Shown: positions 1-13,054, numbered from the stretch's first letter. The stretch is 64,000 bases of DNA from Rhynchobatus australiae (GCA_034780895.1 JAUZTB010000033.1:23601817-23665816), one strand, 5' to 3'. Program-made: numbers and translations. The notes: generated from the sequence alone by a model not told the origin.

Positions 1-974
1 TGACTAATAAAGATATCTTATCTTACATTACTTCTTTATAAATAAAGCTTTCTCCACTGATTTCACAACTATAATTTCTGTTCTCCTGATCCACTATGGA
101 TTCTTCCCACTTCTTCACCTATCCAGTCTACACCACTCTCAAGCTGATTTCTTGGTGCACATTTCAAGAAAAAAGGACAGAGGTCTAGTCCCAGGTACCT
201 TAAGAATTGAGAAGTCTTTGAATGAGAAATGTGATTGGAAGAACTTGGAAATGCGAAGTAAAATAAATTTTATTTACAAAAATATATGCATTATTTGTCT
301 TTTTGTTATTCCCATTGTCCTCCAATTTGTTTTGTATCTAAAAATCTTCCAATATCAGCCGTCAGCTTTGATGCACTCAGAGAATGATTGTCTAAAAATT
401 GACAATGCCGTGAGTAGTTTCTCCTCATCTCAGTCCTAAACCATTGATTCTGAGACCATGCTCCATGAACTCAGTCCCTGCCTTTTCCTGTTTTGAGTTC
501 TCCAGCCAGTGAAAGCAAGTCCCTTAGCCTTTATCTGTCAATCCCTCTCAGAATTTTGTATCTCAATGAGATCATTCTTCTGAATTCTTCCTTGAGTTCC
601 TTTCTTAGGGCAAGACTCCTCTTGCCAGAAATCAATCTGCTGAATTCATGTTCCACTGATTCCAAGGTAGGACAGTTATGACTCCAACCCTCCCCTCAAC
701 TCAGCAGAAGCCATTAAACATAATAACAATATGCACCTATCCAGTCTACACCACTCTCAAGGCAATTTTTTGGTGGACATTTCAAGCCACAGAAAGAAGG
801 ACAGAGCTCTAGTCCCAGGTATGTGTGAATTGTGTGTATGAATTTCATGAATGTGCTTAGTGTGACTCTAAAAGTTGTCATATTTAAAATCTTGTGCGTA
901 TTTCTGCAGATGAGTATATTCTTCTTCATGTATGGAACTGTCCATAGTATTCCAAGAGTAATCCCATCAAAGGT

Positions 975-2760
975 TTGACAGATTCAACAGGAAGGGTAAC
1001 GAGGGAGAGAATAGGTTCCCTCAAGGATCAGTGTGGTCAGCTATGTGTGGAGCCACAGGAGGTGGGTGAGGTCTTAAATGAATACTTCTTGTCTGTATTT
1101 ACCTTGGAGAAAGTCATGGAAGCTAGAAAATTCAGGGAAGAGAACAGTAATGTCCTGAGACATATCAATATTCTGAAAGAGGAGGTTTTGGCAGTTTTGA
1201 GACGTATCAAGGTGGAAAATCCCTGAGGCCTGACCAGGTGTTTCCTAGGACATTGTGGGAAGCAAGGGAAGAAATTGCTGGGGCCCTGGCAGAGATATTT
1301 GTATCTTCCTTAGCCATGGGTGAGGTACTGGAAGTTTGGAGGGTGGTTAATGTTGTGCATTTATTTAAGAAGGGCTGTAAGGACAAGCCAGGGAACTACA
1401 GGCTGGTGAGCCTAACATCAGTGGTGAGAAAGTTACTGGAAGGGATTCTGAGACAGATTCTGAGATTCAACCTGCACTGGAAAAGACAAGGACTGATTAG
1501 GGATAGTCAGTATGGCTTTGTGTGTGGGAAATAGTGTCTCATGAATTTTTGAGGAGGTAATGAAGAAGATTGATGAGTGCAGGGCAGTAGGCACTGTCTA
1601 CATGGAATTTAGCAGGGTCTTTGAATAGGTCCACATGGTAGGCTAGTCTGGAAGTTTGGTTCACATGGGATCCAGGATGAGCTAGCCAATTGGATTCAAA
1701 AATTGGCTTGGTGGAAGGAGGTAGAGGTGGTGGTGGAAGGAGGTAGAAGGTGGTAGTGGAGAGTTCGTTTTCAGATTGGAGGCCTGTGAGTAGCGGTGTG
1801 CCTCGGATTGGCGCTGGGTCCACTGTTGTTTGTCATCTATATTGATGATTTGGATGATATTGTTGTTTACCATGGTTAGTAAGTTTGTGGATGACACCAA
1901 AATTAGTGGTATTAGTGGACAATGAAGAAGATTATCTGGGATTACAGTAAGATCTATATGAACTGGGGAAGTGGGCCAAGGATTGGCAGATGGAATTTAA
2001 CTCTGACAAGTGCGAGGTGTTGCATTTTGGTCAGTTAACCCAGGGAAGAACTTGCACAGTAAGTGGTAGGGCCCTGGAGAGTGTTGTAGATTGGAGAGAG
2101 CCAGAGATAAGGTACATACTTCCCTGAAAGCAGCGACATAGGTAGACTGGATGATGAAGGCGGCGTTTGGCACACTTGCCTTCATCGGTCAGGGTATTGA
2201 GAACAGGAGTTGGGACATCATGTTGCAACTGGGCAAGTGGTTGGTGAGACCATACTTGTCATACTGGTCTCCCAACTATAGGCAGGATGTCATTAAGCTG
2301 GAAAGGGTGCAGAGAAGACACACAAGGACATGATTGGGGGTGGAGAGCTTGAGTTACAAGGAGAGACAGGATAGGCTGGGACTTTCTTCCCTGGACTATA
2401 GGAGGCTAAGGGGTGATATTATAGATGTATATAAAATCTGAGGGGCATAGATAAGGCAAATGACCACAGTCTTTTTCCCTGGGTAGGGGGGTCCAAAACT
2501 AGATGTCATAGATTTAAGATGAAAGGCAAAAGATTTAAAAGGGACCTGAGGGGCAACTTTTTCACACAGAGTGGTGGGATATGGAACAAGCTGCAGAGAA
2601 AGTGATTACAAAAAACATTTAGACTGGCACATGAATAGAAAATGTTTAGAGGGATCTGGGCTAAAAGTGGGGAAGTGGGACGAGCTTGGATAGATATCTT
2701 GGTTAGCATGGATGAATTGGGCTGAAGGGACTGTTTCTGTGCTGTATAACTCCATGACCC
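975..2760 (+). mobile_element. 5'-truncated decayed CR1-clade LINE (ORF2 RT + 3' UTR)
   Basis: FPRTLWEAREEIAGALAEIF, KDKPGNYRLVSLTSVV, DSQYGFVCGK, KFVDDTK (about 1881), KLERVQRR; CR1-type tail gggctgaagggactgtttctgtgctgtat. Confidence 0.92.
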
Positions 2761-2789
2761 TATTTCTAATAAATTATAAATGAAAATTA

Positions 2790-3006
2790 AAATAAAAGCT
2801 GCAGATGCTTGAAATTGGAAATAAGACCAGACAATTCTAGAAACACTCAGCAGGTTAGCCAGCATCTGCAGAGAGAGAAACAGAGTTGACTTTTCACATT
2901 GAAGACCCTTTATCTAACAAAAGGTCCATGACCTGAAACATTAACTCTCTCTCTTTCTACAGAGGGTTCCTGGCCTGAAAATTTTCAGCATTTTCTGTTT
3001 TTATTT
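2790..3006. mobile_element. short palindromic element related to Penelope-like termini
   Basis: cagatgcttgaa...cactcagcagg...gaccctt on the left, reverse-complementary gacctgaaacattaac...cagcattttctgttttta on the right. Confidence 0.65.
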
Positions 3007-3032
3007 CTAATAAATTGATACTTCTGATTCTC

Positions 3033-3492
3033 TTTATTTATGATGTGGGAATTGACACAAGTTGAATGATCTCAGCTGATGTAAGTAGTGGAAGTTTGGG
3101 TGCTGGAAAAAGTTGTTGAAATATAAGGCACTTCTTAGACACAAATATTTTCTTTGCCCTTGGATACAGCACACAAGGTTTAACCGATTATGAAAGACAT
3201 CTGGTAGATAAGCTAAAATCTTAGAATATTTCATATTTTCTAGTCTGCAAGTGAGAAATATAGAAGACCATCAGTTTGTCTAATAGTTTCTCATAAAGTA
3301 CTTTCAGACCCATCATTTTCCCTAATGTTTGAGATGATTGTGGGTAGTGTACAATATGCAGATGTTTTTGGCAGTGGGTGGAAATGCATCTCTTAAATAT
3401 ATTTTCCATTGGCTTTCATTGTGGTTCAGGTTTGCAAATGCATGAGGTTTTTAATCTCATTGAAAAGCTGATGGCATAAATACTTGTGTATC
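3033..3492 (-). pseudogene. candidate terminal pseudo-exon
   Basis: Acceptor ttccccttcatttttttttacacacacgcag|; IHKYLCHQLFNEIKNLMHLQT*, frameshifted pieces, ends ...LFPAPKLPLLTSAEIIQLVSIPTS* overlapping AATAAA (3038-3033). Confidence 0.5.
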
Positions 3493-4272
3493 CTGCGTGT
3501 GTGTAAAAAAAAATGAAGGGGAAATGCCACATGGAACTGTAAGTGTGCAGAAGTTGGGGACTGCACAGTAAGTGTACATGAATGGAGGAATCCTGAACTC
3601 ATTGTGGAGTCGAGCCAAAGCATGAATTTCCTCTATTATTCTGGGACGCCTGCTGCCAAACTTGGTTCAGCAATGCCATTCATTTCAATAGTGAGGAGTG
3701 GTTAGTGAGGGAGAAAGGCAACTTGCAGTTAATTTACATCTGTTAATTTAAATTTTTAATTATTTTGAGTTTTCTTTTCTTTCTTTTGTTAATATTTTTC
3801 ACCTTGCTTAATTATCAACAGCTCTCAAATGGTATTGAATGAGATGTCAGAGACATTCACAATCAAGCCTTTTACCAGCTCTGTTAGCCAGTAGAGTGGC
3901 TTAACCAGACTCCTAAGTATTTTAGTGCATGGGGCATGTTCAGACAACATCGTGTGATTCTATTCACAATCGGGAGGCTGTGTGGTCCATTTGGGGTAGG
4001 TTGCACTGAAGCACCCACTCAAGGTAAGACCAAGTTTAGTACCTTGGCACAACATTACTGTGGGTGGTAAACCACTCCAAGGTAATTCCAGACCAGTGTG
4101 GCTGCAGCGATTGTTTCTTCTGAGACACAACGCAAAACGCTGGGACGACTCAGCAGGTCAGTCAGTGTCTGTAGGGAGAGATGCAGAGTCCATTTCATTA
4201 ACCTGAAACACTAATCTATTATGACTTGCTCCTTTTTAAAGACTAAGAAAGAAAGAAAGAAATTTTATGCAC

Positions 4273-4486
4273 TTTGTGGTACATGCTGCACATTCCCAGT
4301 ACGTGTTTAAACAGGTCCAAGCCACTATGGTGTTAGCCTCAATACAGCTTGCATCCTGGTCACACATTCTTGCCAAATGTGCATTGCCAACTCGTGGAGA
4401 AATTATCCAGTTTTATTTTAAATACAGCTGCTTCCCACTGATGTCAGTTTCTCTTTCTTCCTCTTGTTCCGGAGGTTGTGCACTAT
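4273..4486 (-). pseudogene. candidate pseudo-exon (214 nt, phase 1-2)
   Basis: gttttgttttaatggtgcag|; SAQPPEQEEERETDISGKQLYLK*NWIISPRVGNAHLARMCDQDASCIEANTIVAWTCLNTYWECAACTT; weak donor AA|gtgcat. Confidence 0.55.
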
Positions 4487-4689
4487 CTGCACCATTAAAA
4501 CAAAACACCCATTTTGAGTGAGTATGTACATCTCTGCAGATGCTTAGATTGCCACTAAAATAAAGGACTTAAGTCTCAGCACTACTTAAGAGAAGGCACC
4601 TGGACCACACTGTAGCACAAAAGTAAAATCTGCAAAGTAATAACAAAACAGAAATGAGTCAGAGCAAGCAAGTCTTTCAGTTGCAAAAC

Positions 4690-4850
4690 CTTCTTGTCCA
4701 ACTACTGCTTTGACCACATTTGGTTCAATTTTGAAAACAAATCTTCTTACAACCACTAGATACTGTTGATGCTGCCATTGCTTGGTGCTCATAAATTGGA
4801 GTCAGAGTCCATTTAGTTCCCACTGAAACATTTTCTCTGTATTTTCCAGA
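4690..4850 (-). pseudogene. candidate pseudo-exon (161 nt, phase 2-1)
   Basis: Long polypyrimidine tract ...cccttcttccag|; LENTEKMFQWELNGL*LQFMSTKQWQHQQYLVVVRRFVFKIEPNVVKAVVGQE; donor AAG|gttttg. Confidence 0.6.
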
Positions 4851-5552
4851 CTGGAAGAAGGGAATGGGGAATGAGAAAAGAGAAAGGGCAGTTGATGAAA
4901 AAAGCAAAAGGTTAGGTCTCCACCAATTTTCTAGAGAAATATTACATTTTTGTCTCACTAACAAGTGCTGATGCTGCTTATATTTGTGAATGGTGGCTTT
5001 GTTTTATGCCAGTCATGGTAAGTAATGACTTTATTGGAATTGATGGTTTACTGCAGTGCTTACTAGGTTCAACTCTGACTGAAAGGTTCAGATGACATTA
5101 TAAGCAGAAAAGCAAAGACTGATCAGGTTACAGCCTTGAAGTGAAAATATGTTTCCTCATTTCATTAAATTTCATGGAGAGCTTCTGTTTGAGTTTTGGA
5201 TTCTTATTTTATTGAAAGCAGCCCTCAGTTTATACTACAATGCGTGAAGTTTGTTTTGTTTATATATTAATGGGAGGTTAATTGAATAATTATTAAATAG
5301 CAGGAAGTAAAATTATTTATCTTTATTTATAAATACTTTCACAACAATGAAATGTCTGCAGAATGTAAGGAATTACAAATGTCAGTAAATCTCTTTTTTT
5401 AAAAAAAACTTAAAAATAAAGATTACCTTTGTCCAGAAGTTGCTATCAGTATAATAAATTCTTTTGAACAAACAATGTCTCTTTCATCAAACCCAATGAA
5501 TGGAAAACTTGAGCAGTAGCCAGAATCTTCATCTTACTTAAACCTAAGGTAC

Positions 5553-5697
5553 CTGCAGGATCAGAACATGAGCACCCCAGAGGTAACGCTGTTAATCAGC
5601 CTGTTCTTCCCAATCAGTCTGTTCCTCCTGCTATGTCCACTGAGCCATGCAATCCACACTGTATGCCAACATTCATTCCAATTAGAAAATAAATTAA
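5553..5697 (-). pseudogene. candidate pseudo-exon (phase 1-2)
   Basis: ttttttaaacaag|; NLFSNWNECWHTVWIAWLSGHSRRNRLIGKNRLINSVTSGVLMF*SC; donor CAG|gtacct. Confidence 0.5.
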
Positions 5698-5889
5698 CTT
5701 GTTTAAAAAAGAATTCATTTACCTTCACTGTGGTAAGGCGGTACTTGTGGAGATGGGGGTAGAGGATGTTGAGGGGTTGTGCTGAGTTGGGAGAATGTGA
5801 GCAGTAACACTGAGCTAGCTTCACTGAACTGAACTAAAGCATTTGGAAATGGGGAGGATTTATGCAGTTATTTTGTCAGCTTTTGTCAC

Positions 5890-5981
5890 TTGGTGCCTTG
5901 TCACAATGGTCCAGGTAAAGTTGGCATCTCAGTGGAAACTTAGAAAATTGGTTCACTCTCCTTATTGGCTCAATATAGCAT
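5890..5981 (-). pseudogene. candidate pseudo-exon (92 nt, phase 2-1, open)
   Basis: gtttctag|; CYIEPIRRVNQFSKFPLRCQLYLDHCDKAP; donor A|gtgaca. Confidence 0.4.
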
Positions 5982-6009
5982 CTAGAAACTGCTGCACAAG
6001 GCTATCGAG

Positions 6010-6372
6010 TCAGAGAGAGATACAGCATGGAAAGAGGCCCTTCAGCATGCTGTGTCTGTGCCAACCATCAACCATCCATTTTACACTAGTCCTACATTAA
6101 TCCCATTTTTTTTCTTCTCACCAACTCCCCGAACCCACCCCACCACCACCAGATTCTATCATTCACCTGCGCACTAGGGCCAATTTACAGTGGCCAATTG
6201 ACCTACCAACCTGCACATATTCGGGATGTGGAAGGAAACCTGAGCACCCGGAGGAAACCCATGCAGTCACAAGAAGAACATGCAAACTCCACTCAGACAG
6301 CACCTGAGATCTGGATTGAACCCCGGTCTCTGGCACTGCGAGGCAGTGGCTCTAGCTGTGCTACTGTGTCAC
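6010..6372 (-). mobile_element. tRNA-derived SINE, HE1/V-SINE-like
   Basis: Minus strand has tRNA-like head (ggttcaatcc B box), core gagtttgcatgttct...gggtttcctccgggtgctc, and CR1-like tail. Confidence 0.8.
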
Positions 6373-7173
6373 CCTGTGTCGAAGGTGTTACAGCATCACT
6401 GCAGAAAAGACACTGGATAGATATGGCTCAAAGTTAAAAGATGCCTTCAATTTTAACAATGAGAAGTTTAAAACAAAATTAGTTAATGTCTAAAATTTAC
6501 CCACAGGATACCTGAATTATTCACCAATAATATAAATCTTTCTGAATTATGGAGATGTTTTGCCATCTTTATTCTGCTCTTAGAGTGTTATAATTATTTT
6601 ATTTGATATTCAAAGCCACAACATAGGCCATATTTCTGATCTTCAGGCAGTAGTTGTATGTGCTGAATTCTTATTTTGATAAATATGCTTTGAAAGTTGT
6701 CCATGGTATTAAATCTGTGAACATGTGGAACAATTTCTTAAATTAGCAAACTGTATGTGTATTAAGCCCCAGAACAAACATGTTGTCTTCATTCACACAC
6801 CTAATGCAACAGACATTATTTTGGGTAAGTCAAGAATTTACCATGGAATTCATACATAATGAGAGGACAAGACATTGTTTACTTTCATCTCTATCTTTAG
6901 CATTTGACTAAATTATTTCCATCACTATAAATCCTTAAATCTCATAGATAAAAGCAACTGAGGGAAATTTTGTTCTTACAGCTTGAAGTATTTGGGAATT
7001 AACATTTGATTGACTAACATGAGATCACTTCAATCTCATAACTTTTTTCTGGTGACTGAAATTAAAACGTGGCTACAGGCAGAGAGCAGATAGCTTCTGA
7101 GAGGTCAAGGTCACATGGACGTAGGGAGATCTAACATAAAGGTAAGTATGAACTCAACCATATTATGCATCAC

Positions 7174-7374
7174 CTATTGCTTGGGTGATTTTCACAAGCC
7201 AATCTGTACTTTAGCTTTCCCTCTCCCCTGCAGGAGTGACAACACACCTTCAATCCTCCATATTTGTGTGCATCCTATTGCATTTCAGATCAGGAATCCC
7301 ACTGTATACCTCTTCCCAAAATAATTATTCCAAATTACATGAGTGGGCACAATCAAAACTAGTATCATAACAAT
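7174..7374 (-). pseudogene. candidate pseudo-exon (201 nt, phase 1-1)
   Basis: cattttggcag|; CYDTSFDCAHSCNLE*LFWEEVYSGIPDLKC...STDWLVKITQAI (3 stops); donor AG|gtgatg. Confidence 0.4.
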
Positions 7375-7675
7375 CTGCCAAAATGCATATATAATGAAAA
7401 AGGGGTGTATTGCATAAAAGTTATTTATTTATTTTTCAGGATCTGGGTATGGTTGGAAAGGCCAGCATTTATTGCCCATCCCTAATTGCCCTTGTGTGTT
7501 CTGAGTCATTTCAGTGAGCATTTAGGAGTTGGCCATAGTGGTGGGTCTTTTTAAGAAGCAGATGAGCTTGATTTTATGCTGTGCTTTAGTCCCTCAGAGG
7601 GAAAAAAAATCCTCAGTGTAATTGCAGTGAAATCATTTGCTTTGAAGCACAGAGCATGTTATCAAGAAAATGTAC

Positions 7676-8271
7676 CAGATATTTTTATACAGCAAATGCA
7701 ATGAAATGGATGGCCAGTTAATCTGGTTTGTGTTGGGAAGGTAATGAGAAAACTCCTCGTTCTTGCTTGATCAGCAAAATGTGATCTTTCAATCAAGGCA
7801 TACATGAGAAGGACCTTATCTCGACAATTCAACCAAAGGATAACATTCACAATAGATGCTAAATGGTTAGCAAGCTGTTCTGTGCTGTGTTGGAGGATCA
7901 AGCTAAATTATGTGCTCAAACTTCTGGCATAAATCAAAAATTGTACATGATCCTTTTGAATTTGTTCAAAAAACACAGCAGTCCTGCTGGATTTGAAAGC
8001 AGATTATTCCTAAGGATGTTATGGTGAATAAAAAACTTGTTCTCAGCAGTAATAAAATGACTTTGCACTTTACAAACAGGAAGGTGTGATGGCCTTGGTA
8101 AGCTGCCAGGCTGTTGAATGGTGTTCCACTTGGGAATGCTCAAAGCAAAAGGAAACTCAATAGAATTTACAGCTTCTGTCACCGTGACTTAAATTCTGCT
8201 GCAGTGTGGACTTCTGAACATCTAACACTTGGACGAATTCAACAGAAAGTTGGTGTTTTTTTAAGAAATGT
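7676..8271 (-). pseudogene. candidate pseudo-exon with frameshifts
   Basis: tcttttattcag|; HFLKKHQLSVEFVQVLDVQKSTLQQNL, then adjacent 82- and 79-codon minus ORFs (7934-8182, 7662-7901); donor G|gtacat. Confidence 0.5.
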
Positions 8272-8635
8272 CTGAATAAAAGACACCTCTCGAGCCTCTT
8301 TTTAAATCAACTGGCTTGCAAGATATTCTTTACTCTTTTAAGAAACTTGAAGCTGCCTCTGTCTGCTTCCACCAGCAGGACTATAAATCCTAATAGTATT
8401 GTAAAACTATCTTCAATCCAAGTAGTTTAAGCGATGGAGCAGGCAACTGCATTGTTTTAGGTCAAATCCCAAAGCTGCCAGTGAGACCTGGCTGCCAGTG
8501 TTTAAATTGGTTTCAATCATTCATTCTCAGTTGGGCTGCTATGTGGGGCTGCTGATGATGGTGGGAGTTCTTGAGGGCAGTGTGACTGTGAGGCTGGGGG
8601 TTTGGCATTGTTAATTGCAGTGTGTTGTACATCAC

Positions 8636-8755
8636 TTAAGAACAACCCCCAAGTCTACTAATTCCAGAAGCATTTGCACAATTCCTTGTAAAAACCTGCA
8701 GCTTGCATTATCCCCACATTTCTTAATGCTATGAAAATGCGAGGTCGATAGCCAA
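8636..8755 (-). pseudogene. candidate pseudo-exon (120 nt, phase 2-2, open)
   Basis: ttgctttctttacctcag|; WLSTSHFHSIKKCGDNASCRFLQGIVQMLLELVDLGVVL; donor AA|gtgatg. Confidence 0.5.
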
Positions 8756-9889
8756 CTGAGGTAAAGAAAGCAATCAATAGGGCTGAAAATTAAGTAAAAA
8801 CAATTCAACAAAGCCTTCCAGGTAATGCAACTTTCCATAAAATTCTGATATCTAGAACTCACTGTATCAGTCAGAGGAGTGTCATTTTAGTACCTTATCC
8901 ACAGTCTGTGGCCTTGATTGCAATGCCTTGTGACACGTTTTGCTTTCTGGAACATTTGGAACTTTTGGTGTTGTTTTGGCTTCTTTTCCGCCAAAGTGTG
9001 ATACTTATTTAAAATCTGTTGGTTTATTTTTTACTTAGATGTGAGTTGGAGCTAAAAATGGACATTTATTTACCTGGTTTTCTTATGTACTTGAACCAAT
9101 TTTACAAAAATGTCTGATTACACTATATTTAACACTAGTTGAGATTATTTAAATTATGCCAGATTTAATTATCAGCATGTGTCTGTGAAGAATAGGGAAT
9201 GTGGATTTTAACTCACCTATGTTGCTTCTGTCATAAAACTGAACATTAATTGACGTGTTCAGAGCTGGAGGGAATTTCAAAATGGGTTGCACGTAGTGGG
9301 CCCGTCACCTATATGGAACTTGTTTTCTTTCTTAGATATAATGTCTGTTAAAATGGATTAGAGGCAAGGGCCAAATGGAAAGGAATTTTGCAAAGTGCTT
9401 CCGCAGGAGAGCTGGAATTGGATCAAAGACTTGTCTATTCCCTGTGTTATATAAATGCAAGTGATTTAAAGCATGATGTTTAATGGTGTAGTGATAAATA
9501 TAACTTTTACTTCATTTCAACCTGTTTGGGAGGGGTCAACAAAACAGATGAGAATCTTTATTGATACATTTTATACATCTGTACTGAGTGGCATTTACTT
9601 CCAATTTATCTCTCTGATCTGGCTATTTCATTGACTATATTGCCCAAGGCTTTTTACCCCTCCCTCTCTCTTTTTCTCACATCTATTTATCCTTCTAGTG
9701 TTTGAGACAGCTGAACAATTGAATAAGGGGTCATCAAAAAGGATTGATTATGGTGTCAGAATGTGTTCAGAATAAATGGGCCATATCTGTTTAAATTTAT
9801 AGAATTTCATTGAGCTTTAGCAGGTAGGCTGAATCAATGGCCAAAATATACTTTGGTTTTTGGACAAAGTGACATTTTTGCACAAAAGT

Positions 9890-10300
9890 GCAAACATCAA
9901 CGGAGTGTTATGAGATAGATGATAAGATATTAGATCAGACTGACGAGTAGTTTCAGAGTAGAAGGGTGATGGGCAGAGTATCTGAATGGAGCTTTGAAGG
10001 CATCAGTAGTAGCACTGTTTTGATTTGCAATTTTTATAAATGACATTAGATGATGGAATTACATAAAATTGTTTGTGAAGGCTAACTCTTGTGCTGGAAT
10101 CTGGACTGGGTTGGTTCCAGGACATCAGAGGTAGCAGACGAAGTTGATTGTTGATGAATGTCAATCATGGGAGTATGTAGAAACAGTGCAAGTGCAATTT
10201 ACTTATGAAATGACAACTTAATTGAGATAGAGCAGGATAAACTGATGTACAGTTATTAAAATTATCAATTAGTATTCAGAAGTGGTGGGAAAAGCAAATA
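9890..10300 (+). mobile_element. highly decayed CR1-like RT fragment
   Basis: cagagtagaagggtgatggg..., tttttataaatgacattagatgatgg resemble the CR1 FINDLD region. Confidence 0.45.
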
Positions 10301-10470
10301 ATATTTGAATGTACAAAGATGGGGATGGGGGGGTGTTGGTCCTACTTATGACTGAATTACTCTTCTTGTTACTTTTGGTATTGAACTTGCCCATGTGCAG
10401 TAGCTCTAAAGTGGCTTCTTTACATGGGCTGTTGATATATATCCATCATCTGTTTCCAGGCTTCGATTAC

Positions 10471-10630
10471 CTCCAGCCATACTGGTGAAGTGTGCATCAC
10501 TGACCACCAGAAAGCTAGTGATTTCTGTGGTGAGAAAACCCCCTGAGAGTTTGCAGCTGTTGTCCAGTGCCAGCTCGGCATTCTGCTGTCCCAGCACAAG
10601 TTGTCCGAGCGTCCAATCACTATAAGGTAG
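10471..10630 (-). pseudogene. candidate pseudo-exon (160 nt, two open frames)
   Basis: ttgtgtttccag| and GAG|gtaatc; GC-richer than flanks; LPYSDWTLGQ...SMAG or YLIVIGRS...SPVWLE. Confidence 0.55.
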
Positions 10631-13054
10631 CTGGAAACACAATGCACCGTTTTTAACTAATTTGCTAAATAACATGCAGAGTGCTAAATAAAGATAGATA
10701 TGTAGCAGTGTGATTGAGGTGGAGTATTATAAGTATTATCAAAATCCTTTAGTTTGAAGTATTCATGTGAAGGAATTCAAGTTCATGTGCATAACATTAG
10801 TTTTCTGATCTAATTGTAGTTTAGTTCACCATTACAAACTTGAGTTTTGTTAAACAAGGTCTAAGGTTTTCAGTGTACTTTGCAGTATGACTAGTTTGTA
10901 AATAGCTTCAATTTGTATTGGTTTTGTTGAAGACAATGAATTCAAAGTGGAAATGTTGCATATCCTTAGCACAAACAACAGAAGAACTTTTTAACCTCAT
11001 TCTAGTTGTGTTAATTTTTTTAATATAAAATTATTGCAATTGAAAGAAAACTGATTCTCTGAGGGAATTCAATTGGAAGGGAGACGGAAGGAACGAGGTG
11101 ACGTGAGAAGACCTGATCTTTAACCAGATATCCTGGAGGAGAGTAAAGGAGAGGATGGCAAATGAGAAGGTAAATGAAAAGGGGAAGGGGAATAGATGAT
11201 TCAGGGATTGTTAATTCAAAAGGAAAATGGCAAGGATAATTGGAAGAGGAAGGAGAAGATGCAGGGAAGATAAAGGAGTTGGTGATGCTCTGGGAATCAG
11301 TGGGAGCCTGGGAAACCTTCAGGAGTGTGACTGGGGAAACGAATGGGAAGCTGGCTGCTCTTTTCCTGCAATGCCCCATCCCAGATGCATTCATTAGCAG
11401 CTTCTTTCCCCTTCGTAACATGGTGTGCTCATCAAAAGCTCCCTCTCCACCTCTGCAGCCAGCTGAAAAGTAAAAAGATAAATGAGTGAGAATTAGAAGA
11501 GAATGGAGAAGAAAGCCACAAATAAAGAGCCGGGCCAAGAGACACACCACCAGGGGAAACAAGACAGGAAAACAGCGACTTGCAGGCAGCAGAGAGAGAG
11601 AGAGACTAGGACTGTAGGGATCATCTAATAGCACATTAAAAACTTAATTCTGCATTCACTGCTGGGATTTCCGGCCCATTAGAAATCCCTGTGTCCACAT
11701 TTTTATCAAAACTGCCAATGTAAACTTATTATACTGTTCTACTCTCCCAGTAGAGTACAAGAGGATGTAATTGCAGCATGACAAGTTTACAATATGTACA
11801 GGAATTCAAAGTATAATACATAAATATATGGACAGAGTGTATGACTTCATATTGGTTTCAGTTAGCATGCTCTGGTACATTTGTTCTCTAAATCTCCTAT
11901 CCATCCATCTCACCCCACCCCACCCCCCCATCACCCAAAGATTACACTTGGGTTTCACTTCCACATGCATCTTCACAGGAGTTTAGAGTGTTTGTTTGAA
12001 AGGGAGAAAGAAATAATATTTTTACCATCCAGTTGGTTTGATTTCCCTCCCTTTTTACCTTCCATGTACATTGAGATATTGTCAGCAGCTAAGACATCAC
12101 ACTGTTCCAGTTTTTACCTAACTGGTTCATGAAACTTCAGCAAAAATGGGAAAGAGGCTAATTCTATGATGTGTACCATCTGCACCTCATCTGGAAAAGG
12201 CATATTAAATAAAATGCATCATCTCAGTGTAATCAAAGCCAGTGCATAGAGCAGAGGAGCTCATAAATTCAGGATCAGATGCATCATTTTTTTTCAACAG
12301 GAACATACGGAAACCCTTACTATGCATTTTCTTCACTACCAAATCATTCCTTTTGACAATTAATGACAAACTACTTTGAACTTTACTGCAAATACAAATT
12401 TTATTTGTGTCAGTTATAAAGTAGTCTCAAAATAAAAGGAAAGGAATGGGTGTATAGAGGCAGTTCATCATATAGACCAACCTCGATCATCCCCATGTCA
12501 AACGGAAAATTGTGCAGGAGCTATAACAGGCAGTTGATTCAGTACAACCATTTATGTGCCAGCATTCAAATTTGTGCCTCCAGTTATTTTTATGTCTTGA
12601 CTGCAGGCCTTGCTGAAGGTCTGACAACTTCTCAGAAAACAACCTTTCAGCAGTACAGAACTTTAACCCTTCTCCCTAACCAGATCTAATGAGGGTTATC
12701 ACCTCACAACCCTGCACTAGCTTCCATTCACTTTACTTTGTGTACTGTATGGGTTAATCCAGAGTAAGAGTCAGAATAGAGAGTTAAGTTTATTAATGTC
12801 AACAAGGGAATACTGCTGTCATAGTGGTTGATGCAGTTTATGACCTTATTGCTTGGAAATGTGAATGTACTATAAAACTCTTAATGGTATCTTTGTGGCA
12901 TTTTTCACATAAGCAAGAAAAGCAACACAGCTGATCCTCAAATCAGGAGTTCCAGCATGAATCTGCAGGGCTTCACATTGTATTAAACCGGATTTGGAGC
13001 ATCAACTGATTCACAAACGGACCTTTACTGCCTTGAGCTTAACTGAAATATTAC

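Noticed and set aside
1711-1760. Tandem duplication of about 22 bp (gtggaaggaggtagaggtggtg)
   Set aside because: Ordinary slippage within a dead CR1 copy.
10460-10626. Plus-strand AG/GT-bounded segment as an ABTB2 cassette exon
   Set aside because: Stops in all three + frames; the minus-strand reading is open.
11020-11634. 204-aa minus ORF
   Set aside because: Arises from a purine-rich + strand tract (L/S/F/P-rich translation); no motif or convincing splice boundaries.
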